Assembly (NCBI GenBank): GCA_964632315.1
Contig: CAZWEM010000002.1
Span: forward strand, 102,734-166,733
Direction of reading: 5' to 3'
DNA: 64,000 bases
Source: an uncultured archaeon
Lineage (GTDB): Archaea > Asgardarchaeota > Lokiarchaeia > Sigyniarchaeales > SOKP01
Shown here: piece after piece, positions 10,970-20,808 of the stretch
Layout of the letters: every line of letters starts with the position of its first letter
How positions within the stretch are numbered: the stretch's first letter is position 1
Position numbers and translations under genes: made by a program
The notes under the pieces: model-generated
The model's input: only the letters and a program-made list of their open reading frames with translations
Told to the model about the DNA's origin: nothing
Databases searched by the model: none

Positions 10970-11593
10970 TTGGTGTTTTTGATTAAAATAAATAATTTTC
11001 TCTCAGAAAAGGATCTCACTCTAATATTTAATCTTTTAAAACATCCTTTACGAAGGGGGATTATTAAGTTATTATCTGAGAGTCCACAACATTATTCATC
11101 GATACTAAAAAAACTAAATATTTCTGAAAGTAGCATTTTGAATTATCACTTAAGAGAAATGGATGAATTATTAATCAAAAAAGATAATAACGCAAAATAC
11201 ACGTTAACTGAAGTTGGTGATATTTGCCTTCAGCTCATCCTTAGAGTTAAAGAAGAGAAAATTTACAGCTATGACAAGCTTCAGAGATTAGTAGAAAAAT
11301 TAAAGTCACTAATATTTTTGATTCAATTAACTTTCTTTCCAGTTGTATTGATTCTGTCCCTCGTTCTATATTTCTTAAATATAATCAATTTAGGGGCAAT
11401 TATTGGAATTTTCAGTTCAGGAATAATAATAAGTATATTACTATCAACCAGCATTTTCCTAATCAATAAAGAAATAAAGAGTGCCAATAGAATTAGTTTT
11501 AAAATGGAAAATCAAGACAAATTGTCAATATTTACAACAATTTTAACTTTTTGGATACTTATTCAAATAACTTTTAGCCTATTCTTAAGATAA
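10970..11593 (+). CDS. ArsR-like winged-HTH regulator with C-terminal TM helices
   Basis: HPLRRGIIKLL...LNYHLREM...YTLTEVG followed by about 3 hydrophobic segments. Confidence 0.75.
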   Translation: MVFLIKINNFLSEKDLTLIFNLLKHPLRRGIIKLLSESPQHYSSILKKLNISESSILNYHLREMDELLIKKDNNAKYTLTEVGDICLQLILRVKEEKIYSYDKLQRLVEKLKSLIFLIQLTFFPVVLILSLVLYFLNIINLGAIIGIFSSGIIISILLSTSIFLINKEIKSANRISFKMENQDKLSIFTTILTFWILIQITFSLFLR

Positions 11594-11619
11594 TAAGCAA
11601 AAATATCTTTTCTTAAAAA

Positions 11620-12921
11620 TTAGGTGAATGGATTTTTTTCCTTAAATATTTTTTCTTTATATTGAACTAAATACGGAGGGGCTAGACCTTTTTCTGTTGC
11701 TTCTTTTTTCATTTTTCTTAATATTTCACCACAATTGATCGATACAGGACACCAGTGATAGCAATTTTCACATCCAGTACACAGAAAAAGTCCATCCTTA
11801 ACTGCTGCCTCAATTCCATTGTGAATATAGTCTCTAATGATTGCTGTTGCTCCGAGACCATATTTAGAAGCATAAATATTTCCAAATGCCCGAGATGCAG
11901 TACAAGGAAAGATACAGGATTTACATCCAATACATTTCAAGAAATCTTTATACAAAAGATTTTCCTTTGCAGCTTCAGTCCTCCAATCGTCAACTAGAAT
12001 TACGACCACCTCCTTTGCTCCGTACATTCCTTGTACACTAGTCCCTTGTATATCTGAGGTATTTGATGGACCTGAAATGAGACTAATGTAATTAAAAGAC
12101 ACATTATTAATTCGAGACTGCAATTTTGTCATCAAAACTGCGTCTATAATATCAGGTACAATTTTAGTGATTCCACACACCACAATGTGCTTTTCAGTAG
12201 CTCTAGTGATTAAACTAATATTCCCCTCGTTTTCTCCCAAAACAATCGTACCGTCTTCGGCAGAGATGGCATTGGCAGAAGTTAAAGAGACTTTAACATC
12301 GTTCAGAAGTTCCTTCCTATATGTATTCCTAAAAAATTCTACGATTGCGTGTGCTTTGGGTTCAAGATCAACATTATAGACTTCTTTAATTTTATTTGCA
12401 ATTTCTTCTTCAGTAAAATGAGCACCAGGTCCAACTTGAAAACTGGGGAGTTTATATTCAAAAAGGTCTACAAGGACATCTCCTAGGTCGGTTTCTTTTA
12501 CTTCAATATTATTCTCTTTTAACACATCAAGGATTCCAATATCTTTCGCTTCTGTAGATTTTGATTTATATATGACCTTATTGTCACCTAATTCATCCAT
12601 AAAAAGCTTTTGAGCTTCTTCATTAGTTTTAGCATAATGTACTATGAAATTTTCCTTACGCATTATGTCGATACACTTCTCTACGTATTTATCCATGTTA
12701 TCTATAAAATCCTCTCTCATCTTGATAAGTCTATCCCGATATTTTTCTACAAATTCTCTACTTGAATCATCAAATAAATATCTTAAATCATGTTGCCTTG
12801 TTTTAATAGTACATGCTAATTTCCAAAAGTCTCCGAATTTTTTCTGTAGGGTGCCTTCAGTTTGAAGAGATTTAATATTGTCTCTCACATGTTCATAATT
12901 ATCTTTTCCCTTATCACTCAA
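11620..12921 (-). CDS. LutB/LldF-like LUD-domain Fe-S protein (lactate utilisation)
   Basis: KSKS, ETDLG, ENEGNI, ISGPSNTSDI, CIGCKSC..C and CTGCENC...CP. Confidence 0.85.
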   Translation of the reverse strand: MSDKGKDNYEHVRDNIKSLQTEGTLQKKFGDFWKLACTIKTRQHDLRYLFDDSSREFVEKYRDRLIKMREDFIDNMDKYVEKCIDIMRKENFIVHYAKTNEEAQKLFMDELGDNKVIYKSKSTEAKDIGILDVLKENNIEVKETDLGDVLVDLFEYKLPSFQVGPGAHFTEEEIANKIKEVYNVDLEPKAHAIVEFFRNTYRKELLNDVKVSLTSANAISAEDGTIVLGENEGNISLITRATEKHIVVCGITKIVPDIIDAVLMTKLQSRINNVSFNYISLISGPSNTSDIQGTSVQGMYGAKEVVVILVDDWRTEAAKENLLYKDFLKCIGCKSCIFPCTASRAFGNIYASKYGLGATAIIRDYIHNGIEAAVKDGLFLCTGCENCYHWCPVSINCGEILRKMKKEATEKGLAPPYLVQYKEKIFKEKNPFT

Positions 12922-13654
12922 CTAATGGGTCAACTCCTTCCATTAATTTTACAATAAAATCTTCAAATTTAATAACTGGTTTTTTAATTTGATTTTCATT
13001 TCTAATGCGATTTAAGGAAGTATAACAAAAAGGACAAGCAGTTAATAATAATTTACCACGCTTTAATTGGTCAAAAATCAGTTTAGAATTGTGATCACTA
13101 TTTTCTTTAAAAACTGAATATACTCCACCACCTGCTCCACAACAAATACTATTAGTTTTAATGTTATCTAATTCTTTTAGTTCAACATTTTCGATAGATT
13201 CAAGAATTTTTCTAGGTTCTTCCATTATTGGAACTTCGGCATTTCTCAAGTGACAAGCATCGTGATAACTGACTTTTAAAGGTTTATTGGAATTCTTAAG
13301 ATTTAGTTTAGTTAAGTTTTCGGGCATAGCCATTAATTGGAGTAAATGTTTAACATCAACAGTAAAGTCTTCTCCTAAATAATGTTTATAGTATTTTGTC
13401 AAATAATTATAACATCCAGCACAAATAGTTACAATTTCATTGACATCATTTGACTTGAACCAATTGTTAACAAATTCCACATGAGTTTTTAATTCTGTAT
13501 CACTGCCAATATGATATGCTAAAGCTCCACAACAAGGAGTATCATCAAGAACTTGGTATTCCGAATCTAATAAATTTATGATTTTCAATGCATTTTTACA
13601 AGTTTCTTGATATCTTGTCTTAGATAAACATCCAAGAAAAATTAATTTAGTCAA
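12914..13654 (-). CDS. CCG-domain Fe-S protein (LutA/GlcF-like)
   Basis: PCCG, CAGC, YHDACHL, CCGAGGG, ACPFC; overlaps the LutB-like gene. Confidence 0.85.
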   Translation of the reverse strand: MTKLIFLGCLSKTRYQETCKNALKIINLLDSEYQVLDDTPCCGALAYHIGSDTELKTHVEFVNNWFKSNDVNEIVTICAGCYNYLTKYYKHYLGEDFTVDVKHLLQLMAMPENLTKLNLKNSNKPLKVSYHDACHLRNAEVPIMEEPRKILESIENVELKELDNIKTNSICCGAGGGVYSVFKENSDHNSKLIFDQLKRGKLLLTACPFCYTSLNRIRNENQIKKPVIKFEDFIVKLMEGVDPLVE

Positions 13655-13846
13655 GAATAAATCCCATCGTTATTTGAAGTAATTTATTATAGATTTTTGA
13701 AATTAAAATTATTTACTTTATTTATCTATAACTTGAGTTATATTAATAATTTCAAATCGATTCAAAAATACTTAATAAGGATTAAATTGAAATTTAATTC
13801 ATTAATATAATTCATTAAATTGTTTAATCGTCAGAGTTGAGATAAG

Positions 13847-14128
13847 ATTCCTAAATTAGTTGAAAATAAGGAAAAAAAATTTTCATTATTCCTCAATAAA
13901 AATAGATGCGGTGGAGATCAATGTTATAACTGTATTGCTGTATGTCCCACTGGAATATTAGAGCCTGGAGATGAATTGAATATGAGAGTAGCGTATCTCC
14001 CTCGCGTAAAAAGCGGTAAAGAATCATATTGCACTGGATGTCGCCGCTGTGAATATGCTTGTCCAGAATGGTGTATATACGTTATAGATGAGGAGGAGAA
14101 TCTTTCAAATGAGAAGGCTAAAACATAA
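13847..14128 (+). CDS. 2x[4Fe-4S] ferredoxin-like delta subunit of the 2-oxoacid:ferredoxin oxidoreductase (93 aa, probable ATT start); not in ORF track
   Basis: Hand translation (M)PKLVENKEKKFSLFLNKNRCGGDQCYNCIAVCPTG...YCTGCRRCEYACPEWCIYV...KT*; in-frame TGA at 13838; SD-like GAGTTGA 6 nt upstream of ATT. Confidence 0.88.
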   Translation: MPKLVENKEKKFSLFLNKNRCGGDQCYNCIAVCPTGILEPGDELNMRVAYLPRVKSGKESYCTGCRRCEYACPEWCIYVIDEEENLSNEKAKT

Positions 14129-14141
14129 ATCGGTGAGATGA

Positions 14142-15317
14142 ATGATAAGTGAAAATAAAAAAAGATTCATAGCTCCCGGTAGACATTTGATGATGGGGAA
14201 TGAAGCAATGTCAGAGGGTGCCCTTGCAGCAGGTTTAAAATACTTTGGAGGATATCCTATTACTCCAAGCACAGAAGTCATAGAACATCTAGCTAAAAGA
14301 CTTCCTGAAGTAGGAGGGGTTTGCATGCAAATGGAAGATGAATTAGCGTCAATAAATTCTGTAATAGGTGCTTCTTTAGTAGGAGCAAAAGCTATGACGG
14401 CAACTTCTGGTCCTGGTCTTTCCTTGATGGTTGAAACCATATCAATGGCTGCTAATTTAGAAATTCCATTTGTGTTTTGCGATGTTCAAAGAAATGGTCC
14501 TGGAACTGGATTTGTAACTGAGCCCCATCATAATGATCTGGGATTAGTTAGATTTTCTGGAAATGGAGAATTTCAAGTTATAGCATTAGCTCCAATGAAT
14601 TGTCAAGAATTATATGATTTAACCATAACGGCTTTTAATTTTGCTGAAACTTACAGATGCCCAGTCTTTATTTTGTCAGATGCATATCTTGGGCACTTAC
14701 ATGAAGTTGTTAATATTCCTCCAAAAGAACAAATTCTTGAAAGGATAATAGATAGAGAATTGCCTAGCCCAGAAGATTTCGTGAAAAAGTTTACTTATTT
14801 TGATGATATAACAGGAGAGATTGTAATTCCCAAACCCCCTCAAATGGGTACAGATTATTGTCCTGGATTATTTATACATCAACCACATAATTATGAAGGT
14901 TTGCCTACACCAAGGCCCATGCAGTATATACAATTAATAATGGATAAGATAAACAAGAATAAAGATAAAATCTGTTTGACAGATCAATATAAAATGGATG
15001 ATGCTGAGATTGTAATAGTAGCTTATGGTTTACCTGTTCGTTCTAGTTATAGAGCAGTTGATATAGCGAGAGCAGAAGGGATAAAGGTAGGTGTATTTAG
15101 GTTAATAACCGTCTGGCCCTTCCCAGATGAAGAAGTGAAAAAAGCTGTGAAAGATGCTAAAGCAATTATAGTACCCGAATTAAATTACACTGGAGTTATT
15201 GCAGAACAAGTAGAAAGAGTTACCGAACTTCAAACCCCAATCATAAAGATTCCTAAGGTATGTGAGTTTCATCATCCCCAAGACATTCTAAATGTTATAA
15301 AGGAGGTGGCAATGTAA
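14142..15317 (+). CDS. 2-oxoacid:ferredoxin oxidoreductase alpha subunit
   Basis: GNEA, GYPITPSTE, QMEDE, TATSGPG, QRNGPGTG. Confidence 0.93.
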   Translation: MISENKKRFIAPGRHLMMGNEAMSEGALAAGLKYFGGYPITPSTEVIEHLAKRLPEVGGVCMQMEDELASINSVIGASLVGAKAMTATSGPGLSLMVETISMAANLEIPFVFCDVQRNGPGTGFVTEPHHNDLGLVRFSGNGEFQVIALAPMNCQELYDLTITAFNFAETYRCPVFILSDAYLGHLHEVVNIPPKEQILERIIDRELPSPEDFVKKFTYFDDITGEIVIPKPPQMGTDYCPGLFIHQPHNYEGLPTPRPMQYIQLIMDKINKNKDKICLTDQYKMDDAEIVIVAYGLPVRSSYRAVDIARAEGIKVGVFRLITVWPFPDEEVKKAVKDAKAIIVPELNYTGVIAEQVERVTELQTPIIKIPKVCEFHHPQDILNVIKEVAM

Positions 15318-16234
15318 TGTCAGAGATAGGAAGAATGCTTAAAAATGAGAAACCAGAACATCCTTATGTTCCTGTTTCCTATGCAGGTAGCATGTTTAAT
15401 AACTTTGCTACGAGATTTTGTTCGGGTTGTGGATATGGAGTAATTGGTCAGATTTTTACTCGGATTTTTGAGGACGAACATTTAGATCCTCATCTTTATC
15501 CAACAGTTATTGGGATTGGATGTTATAGTCAAATGCTTTTATTAGTTCATTATAGATCTCAAAAAATTTTGGCACTACATGGTCGAGCTCCTGCTTTAGC
15601 TACAGGAATTAAAATGGCTAATCCAAAAACGAAACCAATCATTTTTTCGGGAGATGGAGACTGTTTGGGGATTGGAGGTAACCACTTCATTCATCTTTGT
15701 AGGAGAAACTTAGATTGTGTAATATTTATCTTCAATAATAGTATTTACGCTATGACCGGAGGGCAAGGAGCTCCTACAACGCTCTATGGTGCTCAAAGTA
15801 CCACCACACCTTATAAAATGTTTGAAAATAGAAGCGATGGTGTAAAGTTAGCCTTAGCTGCTGGTGCCACCTATGTAGCGAGAACTACAGTTGCGCATCC
15901 AAGAACATACATGAAGTATTTTAAAAAAGCGTTAACCCATAAGGGTACATCTGTGATAGAGATCATCACTCCTTGCGTGACATATTTTGGGAGAAAGAAT
16001 TTAGACAGTTTAGGAGCTGAATATACGGGAATTAAAGGAGAGAAAATGGATCAAGGTTTTAAGATGATTGATTGGATTAAAAGAAATACTGTGAGAATCA
16101 ATCAAGCAAAATTCATGACAGAAGAGGAGCTATTTAATAAGTATATTATTGGAGAATTCCGCTATCAAACAAATAGACCAGAATACTCTGAAGAATATGC
16201 TAAAATTCAAGAAATTGCAATGAAGGAGGATTAA
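15317..16234 (+). CDS. 2-oxoacid:ferredoxin oxidoreductase beta subunit (TPP-binding)
   Basis: FCSGCG, GIGC, LHGRA, GDGD...NN..YAMTGGQ, TPCVT. Confidence 0.93.
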   Translation: MSEIGRMLKNEKPEHPYVPVSYAGSMFNNFATRFCSGCGYGVIGQIFTRIFEDEHLDPHLYPTVIGIGCYSQMLLLVHYRSQKILALHGRAPALATGIKMANPKTKPIIFSGDGDCLGIGGNHFIHLCRRNLDCVIFIFNNSIYAMTGGQGAPTTLYGAQSTTTPYKMFENRSDGVKLALAAGATYVARTTVAHPRTYMKYFKKALTHKGTSVIEIITPCVTYFGRKNLDSLGAEYTGIKGEKMDQGFKMIDWIKRNTVRINQAKFMTEEELFNKYIIGEFRYQTNRPEYSEEYAKIQEIAMKED

Positions 16235-16237
16235 TTT

Positions 16238-16834
16238 ATGGTCAGATATGAAATTAGGATCTCAGGATATGGTGGTCAGGGCGTAATAACCCTAAGTAAA
16301 ATGATAATTACAGCAAGTTCTTTATATGAAAATCTTGCTGCTACTCAAACAGAGGCATATTCAGCAGCAGCAAGAGGGGGGAAGTGTTGGGCAGAAGTGG
16401 TCGTTGAGCTCGACAGGGATAAAAAATTAATCGATTATCCTAAAGCTTTAGAGCCTTACGATTTTCTCATAGTTTTATCTGAAGAGGCTGCCGGAGATAT
16501 AAAACCAGATCTTGTCAAAGAAGGTGAAACTGGATTTTTGATTTGGGATTCTTCAACAATAACTAAATTTAGAGCAGCTAAAAGAGTTAAGAAATCTTTA
16601 GGGATTCCCATCCAAAAACTCGCTGTTGAAAAATTTAATAACATGGTATTTGGAAATACAATTTTATTCGGGATTTTTACAGTATTATCTGGAATTTTCT
16701 CAGAAGAATCAGCTATAGAAACGATAAAGAATTTTGTTCCTGTTTCAACATTAGATATTAATTTAGAAGCATTCGAACTTGGAAAACAAGAGGGAATGGA
16801 TTTCTTGAAAAAAGTTAAAGAAGAGAGTGATTAA
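16238..16834 (+). CDS. 2-oxoacid:ferredoxin oxidoreductase gamma subunit
   Basis: GYGGQGV, YSAAARGG, NTILFG, NLEAFELG. Confidence 0.92.
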   Translation: MVRYEIRISGYGGQGVITLSKMIITASSLYENLAATQTEAYSAAARGGKCWAEVVVELDRDKKLIDYPKALEPYDFLIVLSEEAAGDIKPDLVKEGETGFLIWDSSTITKFRAAKRVKKSLGIPIQKLAVEKFNNMVFGNTILFGIFTVLSGIFSEESAIETIKNFVPVSTLDINLEAFELGKQEGMDFLKKVKEESD

Positions 16835-18653
16835 GACGTATATTCAAAAAATTAAAAAAGGTTGGAAGGAATTAAACGAAGAAATAATCCAAACGGGCAA
16901 GTGTGTTTACTGTGGAGCGTGCGGAGCTTTTTGTGCAAATATTAAATTTGATTTAGAAAAGGAAATTCCTATTGAGGATGGTTCTTGTGAGGATTCAAAC
17001 ACATGCCGAGATGGATATGGATTATGTTATAATTTATGTCCCAAAACTGAAACTGAAATGATTCCATTATCTTTATTAGATAAATGGGTGTTTGGCAAAA
17101 AAAGTGAAAGAATTCTTGGCCATTATATTGATATAGTCTCAGTTCGATTGACTGATACTGCTAAAGGAGATTTCCCCTCAAATGCGGGTCCTCTTACAGT
17201 TTTACTTTCAACAGCAATGGATCAAAATTTCATTGATGCAGCCATAATTACAGAAAAAGATGAATTTTATCGACCACACCCCATAATAGCTAAATTCAAG
17301 GAGGATTTATTAAAGAGTTCTGGTTATAAGCCTCAACAAAATCCTACTATATCATTAGTTGGAGATGCAATTAATAAGGAATTCGTAGATATCGCAGTTG
17401 TGGGTACTTCTTGTCAGATCCAAGCTTTAAGGAAACTTCAAACCCATCCTATCTTTGACTTTGAAGCTTATGATTTGGTTTCACTCGCAATAGGGACATT
17501 TTGTACAGGTACGTTTTATAATAAAAGCTTAACAGAAATATATAATGAAAATGGGATAAAAGAACAAGAAATTCAAGAGGTTAAGGCTGATCATGACAAT
17601 TTTAAATTGAAAATCAAGGCAGAATCAAAACAAGTCGAAATACCTTTAAACTATCTATATGATAAAGCGATACGAAAAGCTTGCTTTTCCTGCTCTGATT
17701 ACACTGCGTCATTTGCTGATATTTCAATTGGAAATTTTGGGAGTGATGAAGGATGGGATACCTTTATAATTAGAACGGAAAGAGGTAAAGAAGTTTTTGA
17801 ATCTGCAATTAAACAAGGTGTTTTTGAGGTTAAATCTCTTGCCAAGGACAATGAAGAACTTATACTAGATATTACTCGAGCCAAAACAGATATCGTTAAA
17901 ATTGAATCCATTACAGAACACACACCTAAAATTAAGAGTTTTTATCTTAGAAATCAGAGAATTGCAAAGGCATATAAACCGGGAATGTTCATAATTCTTT
18001 GGTTACCTGATATTGATTTTTTGCCCATGTCGATATCAAAAGTGGAAGGAAATCAAATTGAAGTAACTGTTGAAAAAGTAGGAATGGGAACTTCAGCATT
18101 ATTTGATATGGAAGAAGGTGATTATCTTGGAGTAAGAGGTCCTTTTGGAAATTCTTGGAATTACGAAGATGGTATAAATATCCTTGTAGTTGGAGGAGGT
18201 ATGGGGATTGCTGCTTTAACCAGTTTAATTGAACCATTAAAAGCTAATAAGAAAAATGTCTTTGTAGCAATAGGAGCTAAAGATGAAACTTCATTAATTT
18301 TTGCTGATAGATTAATTGATCTTATTCCTAATACACTCTGCACTACTGATGATGGTTCAGTTGGAAAGAAATGTTATGTTACTGATCCGATAAAGGAAAT
18401 TATTGAAAAGGAAAAAATAGATTTAGTCTTAACTTGCGGACCCGAAGTGATGATGAAGAAAGTATTTGATATCGCTGAAGCAAGTAAAATACCAATTCAA
18501 GCCAGTTTGGAACGTAAGATGAAATGTGGTGTGGGTTTATGTGGTTCATGTTGTATTGGAGAAGAAAATAATATATCTGTCTGTAAGGAAGGACCCATTT
18601 TTAATTCATCCCAACTTAAAAGCTTCCCTCAATTTGGGACATATACTAAATAA
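16827..18653 (+). CDS. Fusion of an FrhB/FdhB-type F420-binding domain (with N-terminal Fe-S motifs) and a PyrK-type FAD/NAD/[2Fe-2S] domain
   Basis: CVYCGAC..C, VVGTSCQ, IGTFC, CFSCSDY..ADISIG..GW...IIRTERG; then KPGMFI, GVRGPFG, GGGMGIA, TDDGS, CGPEVMM, ERKMKCGVGLCGSC, CKEGPIF. Confidence 0.85.
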   Translation: MIKTYIQKIKKGWKELNEEIIQTGKCVYCGACGAFCANIKFDLEKEIPIEDGSCEDSNTCRDGYGLCYNLCPKTETEMIPLSLLDKWVFGKKSERILGHYIDIVSVRLTDTAKGDFPSNAGPLTVLLSTAMDQNFIDAAIITEKDEFYRPHPIIAKFKEDLLKSSGYKPQQNPTISLVGDAINKEFVDIAVVGTSCQIQALRKLQTHPIFDFEAYDLVSLAIGTFCTGTFYNKSLTEIYNENGIKEQEIQEVKADHDNFKLKIKAESKQVEIPLNYLYDKAIRKACFSCSDYTASFADISIGNFGSDEGWDTFIIRTERGKEVFESAIKQGVFEVKSLAKDNEELILDITRAKTDIVKIESITEHTPKIKSFYLRNQRIAKAYKPGMFIILWLPDIDFLPMSISKVEGNQIEVTVEKVGMGTSALFDMEEGDYLGVRGPFGNSWNYEDGINILVVGGGMGIAALTSLIEPLKANKKNVFVAIGAKDETSLIFADRLIDLIPNTLCTTDDGSVGKKCYVTDPIKEIIEKEKIDLVLTCGPEVMMKKVFDIAEASKIPIQASLERKMKCGVGLCGSCCIGEENNISVCKEGPIFNSSQLKSFPQFGTYTK

Positions 18654-18701
18654 TTTAATTTATATTCTTTTTATATTCATAACGAATTATTTGTTTCGCA
18701 A

Positions 18702-19628
18702 ATGCCTAATTACGATCTAAGAAAAGGGGTTATTTATTGTTCCATAGGTGTTTTATTAATCGGATTACAACCAGTGATAGCGAATAGTAGACCTAAAACT
18801 ATCGATCCTATCATTTTTGGAGGAATAACCGCTCTTATCGAAGCTTTAATATTTATGCCTTTTTATTTCATAGAAAGGAAATCAATAAAAAAAGAAGAAA
18901 AGTTGATTTCTCTTTTAAATGGATGGAAAAAAAAAAGAAATTTGTTCTTGTTATTTGTTATAGGACTAGTTTTTAGTGCTATACCTATCATGCTTTATGT
19001 TGGATTTGAAATTACAGGAGCTATTAATAGTTCCTTAGCGTTAAAAAGTGAGATTGTAGTTGCCTTGCTTTTTGGGTACTTATTATTGAATGAGAGAATC
19101 TCTAAAATTCAAATTTTTTTTTGTTTCACTTTATTCCTTGGACTATTTTTAGCAATAACTGAAGGATTTAAACATGTTATAGGCTTTGATTTAGGTGTTT
19201 TTATTATTTTAATAAGCGTAATCTTATTTACATTTATCCATGCGCTCACTAAAATTAGTTTTGATCGTGATGAGTTGTTCCCATCTCAAGTAGTATTTAT
19301 AAGGAATTTAGTAAGTGGGATTTTAATAATTATAATCTACATAATAATATTTCCATTCGAGAATCTAAACGTGATTTTTTACAAAAATAACTTCCTTTTT
19401 TTTCTCCTTATGGGTGTTGATTATGGATTTTCTTTATATGTGTGGTACAAAGCTTTATCTTACATTGAAATAGGGAAAGCAACTATTATTATTTCATTCA
19501 CCCCTATAGTTTCTTCATTTTTTTCCTATTTTTTACTAGGAGAAAATTTTACCATATTTCATTTAATAGGAACGAGTATAATCATAATATCAATCATAAT
19601 GATCGTTAAAATGAAAAAGAAAATTTAG
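18702..19628 (+). CDS. EamA/DMT family transporter
   Basis: About 10 TM helices, duplicated EamA pattern (LLNERIS / LLGENFT). Confidence 0.85.
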   Translation: MPNYDLRKGVIYCSIGVLLIGLQPVIANSRPKTIDPIIFGGITALIEALIFMPFYFIERKSIKKEEKLISLLNGWKKKRNLFLLFVIGLVFSAIPIMLYVGFEITGAINSSLALKSEIVVALLFGYLLLNERISKIQIFFCFTLFLGLFLAITEGFKHVIGFDLGVFIILISVILFTFIHALTKISFDRDELFPSQVVFIRNLVSGILIIIIYIIIFPFENLNVIFYKNNFLFFLLMGVDYGFSLYVWYKALSYIEIGKATIIISFTPIVSSFFSYFLLGENFTIFHLIGTSIIIISIIMIVKMKKKI

Positions 19629-19680
19629 CTAACCCGAGCATACTAATGTTTTTATGCTATAGGGCGTTTTTTTTAATGTC

Positions 19681-20631
19681 TTGGATGATAGAAGAAAAGG
19701 ATTAGTATATGGAATCGTAGGAACCTTCTTGATTGGCTTTCAACCTATTGTCGCAAATTCTCGACCAATTGTATTAGATGCTTATATTTTTGCAGCAATG
19801 ACCTGCATAGTCGAGACGATTATCTTTCTTCCCTTAGTTATTAAAGACTTATTTCATCCATTCAATAAACGGATTACAAGTAATATTAAAAAGAATAACG
19901 CAAAAAAGATTCTGAACAATTGGAGAGCGAATTTAAAAACAATAATTTTTATCGGATTTATATTTGGACTAAATCAGTTGCTCTTCTTTATAGGATATGA
20001 ATTAGCAGGAGCAATTAATGGATCATTAACCCAGAAAACTACTGTATTTTTTAGTCTAATCTTTGGATACACGATTTTAAAAGAGCAAATTGATAAAAAG
20101 CAAATTTTCTTTTCAATTATTCTTTTCTTAGGTTTATTTATCGCTATAACTCAAGGAAAATTTACATTATTTAATTCTTCGAAGATGATGGGGGTGATTA
20201 TTCTATTATTTATAACTTGTTTATGGATGTTTGGTCATACTATAACTAAACCAATTTTAAATCGAAAAGAAGTAACAGCAAGTCAAATGGTATTTCTCCG
20301 CAATTCTTTGAGTGGAATAATACTAATATCAACATATTTCATTTTTTATCCATTTAGTAGTCTAAAATTACTCTTAATACCAGTGAATATGTTCTTCACT
20401 ATTGCTATGGGAGCAGTATATGGTTTTGGCTTATATTGTTGGTATAAGACATTATCATATTTAGATGTATCAATAGCAACCATAATTTTGTCTCTTACGC
20501 CTATAATAACGGCAATATTTGCTACATTCTTATTAAATGAAACTTTTACGATATTTCATTTGATTGGCACTGCTATTGTTGTTCTTTCAATAATTTTTAT
20601 CATGAAAGGAAAAAAATCAAAACAAGGATAA
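19681..20631 (+). CDS. EamA/DMT family transporter, tandem paralog
   Basis: Shares LIG.QP..ANSRP, GAIN.SL, SQ.VF.RN, WYK.LSY with the upstream gene. Confidence 0.85.
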   Translation: MDDRRKGLVYGIVGTFLIGFQPIVANSRPIVLDAYIFAAMTCIVETIIFLPLVIKDLFHPFNKRITSNIKKNNAKKILNNWRANLKTIIFIGFIFGLNQLLFFIGYELAGAINGSLTQKTTVFFSLIFGYTILKEQIDKKQIFFSIILFLGLFIAITQGKFTLFNSSKMMGVIILLFITCLWMFGHTITKPILNRKEVTASQMVFLRNSLSGIILISTYFIFYPFSSLKLLLIPVNMFFTIAMGAVYGFGLYCWYKTLSYLDVSIATIILSLTPIITAIFATFLLNETFTIFHLIGTAIVVLSIIFIMKGKKSKQG

Positions 20632-20808
20632 GATAAAAAAAGAATATATATTATTATATATTTACATCTATCATGACGTTCACTTTTGGGTTTATACCTG
20701 ATTATTTTAAAATACAAATTTTATGTAATAAGATTTAAATATACTCTACTTTATTCTTATATATAAAAATATAGTCAAATATATACAACAAATTAAAGTA
20801 TTCCTTGA

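Noticed and set aside
11620-18653. Selenocysteine (UGA) recoding in Fe-S or F420 proteins
   Set aside because: All cysteine motifs are complete, with no in-frame TGA interrupting a domain.
19633-19664. Imperfect hairpin between the two EamA genes
   Set aside because: Short, interrupted stem; could arise by chance.
18702-20631. Tandem EamA duplication as a novel system
   Set aside because: A common arrangement with no substrate clue.
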